From positions 21,686,795 to 21,750,794 of the forward strand of contig NC_092670.1 in the NCBI RefSeq assembly GCF_964355755.1: a DNA stretch of 64,000 nucleotides, read 5' to 3'. The notes under the pieces were generated by a model, which saw only the letters and a program-made list of their open reading frames with translations, had not been told where the DNA came from and ran no database searches. Source of the DNA: Antedon mediterranea. Lineage: Eukaryota; Animalia; Echinodermata. Numbering within the stretch: the stretch's first letter is position 1; the number at the start of each line of letters is the position of its first letter. This document shows positions 61,940 to 64,000 of this stretch, piece by piece. The position numbers were made by a program, and so were the translations under genes.

Positions 61940-62609
61940 CTACGGCGTAACATATTGATCATCATAAATGCTTGTCTGTTAAAAATAAATATTTTTTATT
62001 ATTGATCTGTCTTTTTGGAAAAACCGTTATGATAAGCCGCAACAAAACGGCGAGTGCCATTTATCCACCAAACAGTCGATATGATGGCAGTACTTTGGCA
62101 GTAGGGCCTACTGTATTTTTGACAGAAAAGAATTACCTGACACTGTTCTCCAGTCCACTCTTCGTTGCAAACACAGTTAATCCGTTCGTCGTCTAGGATA
62201 CACGTTCCAGCATGCAGACATGGTTGTTGATCACATGACGTATACGGATCGAACTTTAATGCATTACCTAGAAAATCATAATAATTAATGATTACTTATT
62301 TGGACCAACCTGGAAAGTATGTATGTAAATCATAACAAATTAAAGTAAGTGTGGTTTCCCAAAGGATGGATATTCTTGATAACGTTTATATAGCGCTATT
62401 TCGTGTTCAACAACATTCTAGTACACCGGGGTTTCGTCTCGAAAGATTAATTATGTATAGTGTGAATGCAGGGAACTTACGAACTTCACAACGTATCCCA
62501 GTCCATGGCGCTAAGCAGACGCATTCCACTACGTCATTTACAATAACGCAAGAACCTCCGTTCACACAAGTCTCTTCAATGCATATGTACGTGTTCGATG
62601 TGAACCCAC
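61940..62609 (-). CDS. 3' part of a gene with two tandem EGF-like domains (5' exons unresolved)
   Basis: Exons 62609-62481 (CIEETCVNGGSCVIVNDVVECVCLAPWTGIRCE), 62267-62137 (CDQQPCLHAGTCILDDERINCVCNEEWTGEQCQ) and 61975-61940 (TSIYDDQYVTP*); phase-consistent. Confidence 0.75.
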
Positions 62610-64000
62610 CTTTAATATTATCCAAACAAATGTGCATTTATTGAAATATATCGTATTACAAATCATATGTTTTACCGGTAAGAAAAAAAGCTATTTTAAA
62701 AATGTAAACGATAATGGATAAGATGAGAAAATCTGCGAGAAAAACAATTTTCTGCTTGATAGGCAGACATATGCTATTATTAGACCAGATTCACACCTAC
62801 AACACAAATTTAATATGTAAAACGCTGTTACGCACGTATACGTATGCGCCGATACAACTACGTAATCGTGACGCGATTCAGCAAGATTACCACAGACTTG
62901 TTCCGAAATTTTACATCGATGTGAATCAGGTAGTACAGCATTGATTTTTATAGTACTGTACGTCCATACTATCCCAGACAATAAAATATTGTAAATAAAT
63001 TACGAATTATTTTTTTTTAATGAGAAAGACCAACCTTGGAACACGGTAAATAACATAAAATTCAAAGCTACCAACGTTGGAACCATCGTCTCAGAAAATA
63101 TTAGGTACAGGTAGAATAGCTTCTACAGTCTCCAAGGCAAAACCAAATACTGTGAACGTACGTAAAACTAACCTGTATACTTTACACACAATTTATGACA
63201 AATACAAAGATTGCAATCAATATTATTATTAGTATTACAATGTCTGTATTTATAATCGCACATTATTGTTATTTAAATGAATCAACACAAAACAATACCA
63301 TTTTATGGCAGTAGAATATTTTAATAAATTTATAAAGCCTAAAGCTCAAGTAAACAAGGCCATTTTTGTGCAACAATACTTATATTTACTCGATACATTT
63401 TTCTTTTTAGCTCTATGCCTGATCAGATTTCCAATTAGTACAAATAGTATGATTATTTAGAGATTCAGCTTCTATTGAGAGAGTATCTTCTATTATCATC
63501 GCTACCATCATCGCTATCATCATTGCTATCATCATCGATCTAAAACAAGATTCACAAGAATAATGTACACACTGTGTTGCAGATATCCAACAGGTAGGAA
63601 TTATACTGCGTGTACTGTTACAAATCTCAGATGTACTAGCGATTGATAATAATAAATTGTCGCTTATCATTGGTGAACTTCCGTGTGCTGCATCTCTAGT
63701 GGAAACCACGCTTTAGAGAGGGCCCTAATAGAAACACACTATTGTACCTAGAATAATTTCTTTATGGTGAAATAAAGTGTGTGCTGAATACTCGTATCGT
63801 ACTATATCATCACTAAATGAAAGCCCCGCTTACAATTCTCATCATCATTACAAATCTCAAGCATTATTATTATTCTAAATTTGAACATCAATAAACAATT
63901 TCACATAATCTAAATTTTTCCCAAAATATATGCGTGGCAATTAGCTGGATCAACTAAAAAATGAAATAGGTATTTAAGTAAAAAAATATATTTAAAATTG

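Noticed and set aside
61070-61940. Repetitive charged coding exon on the minus strand
   Set aside because: An in-frame TAG at 61940-61942 precedes it, and the 58/70-bp units break frame and contain stops.
63173-63709. Possible upstream exons of the EGF gene (donor near 63173; ORF 63413-63709)
   Set aside because: The hydrophobic signal-like frame ends in a stop and no convincing model could be built.

Overview
AT-rich, intron-containing animal genomic DNA. The repeat repertoire and gene structures suggest a marine invertebrate deuterostome such as an echinoderm (inference). Genes assembled by hand from GT-AG boundaries: a frameshifted THAP-domain relic (-), an orphan two-TM gene (+), DCTN5 (+), NOL11 (-), mitochondrial thioredoxin TXN2 (+), TBC1D16 (-), a frameshifted CHST-type sulfotransferase (-), a secreted YWTD-propeller/PAN-like gene (-) and the 3' part of an EGF-repeat gene (-). 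The dominant feature is a 12,753-bp non-coding foldback transposon (16903-29655) with a perfect 9-bp TSD. Its two arms are head-to-head arrays of about 69 copies of a ~182-bp satellite monomer, most carrying a YY1-type motif. It sits 10 bp upstream of the NOL11 start codon. Four more unrelated TIR elements with 9-bp TSDs lie in the next 6.5 kb, around the NOL11/TXN2 divergent promoter and in TXN2 intron 2. Also present: Penelope-like fragments with hammerhead ribozyme motifs, a tRNA-like cassette, SINEs, MITEs, a Rex/Babar LINE end and several minisatellites. All gene names are from remembered family sequences; no searches were run.
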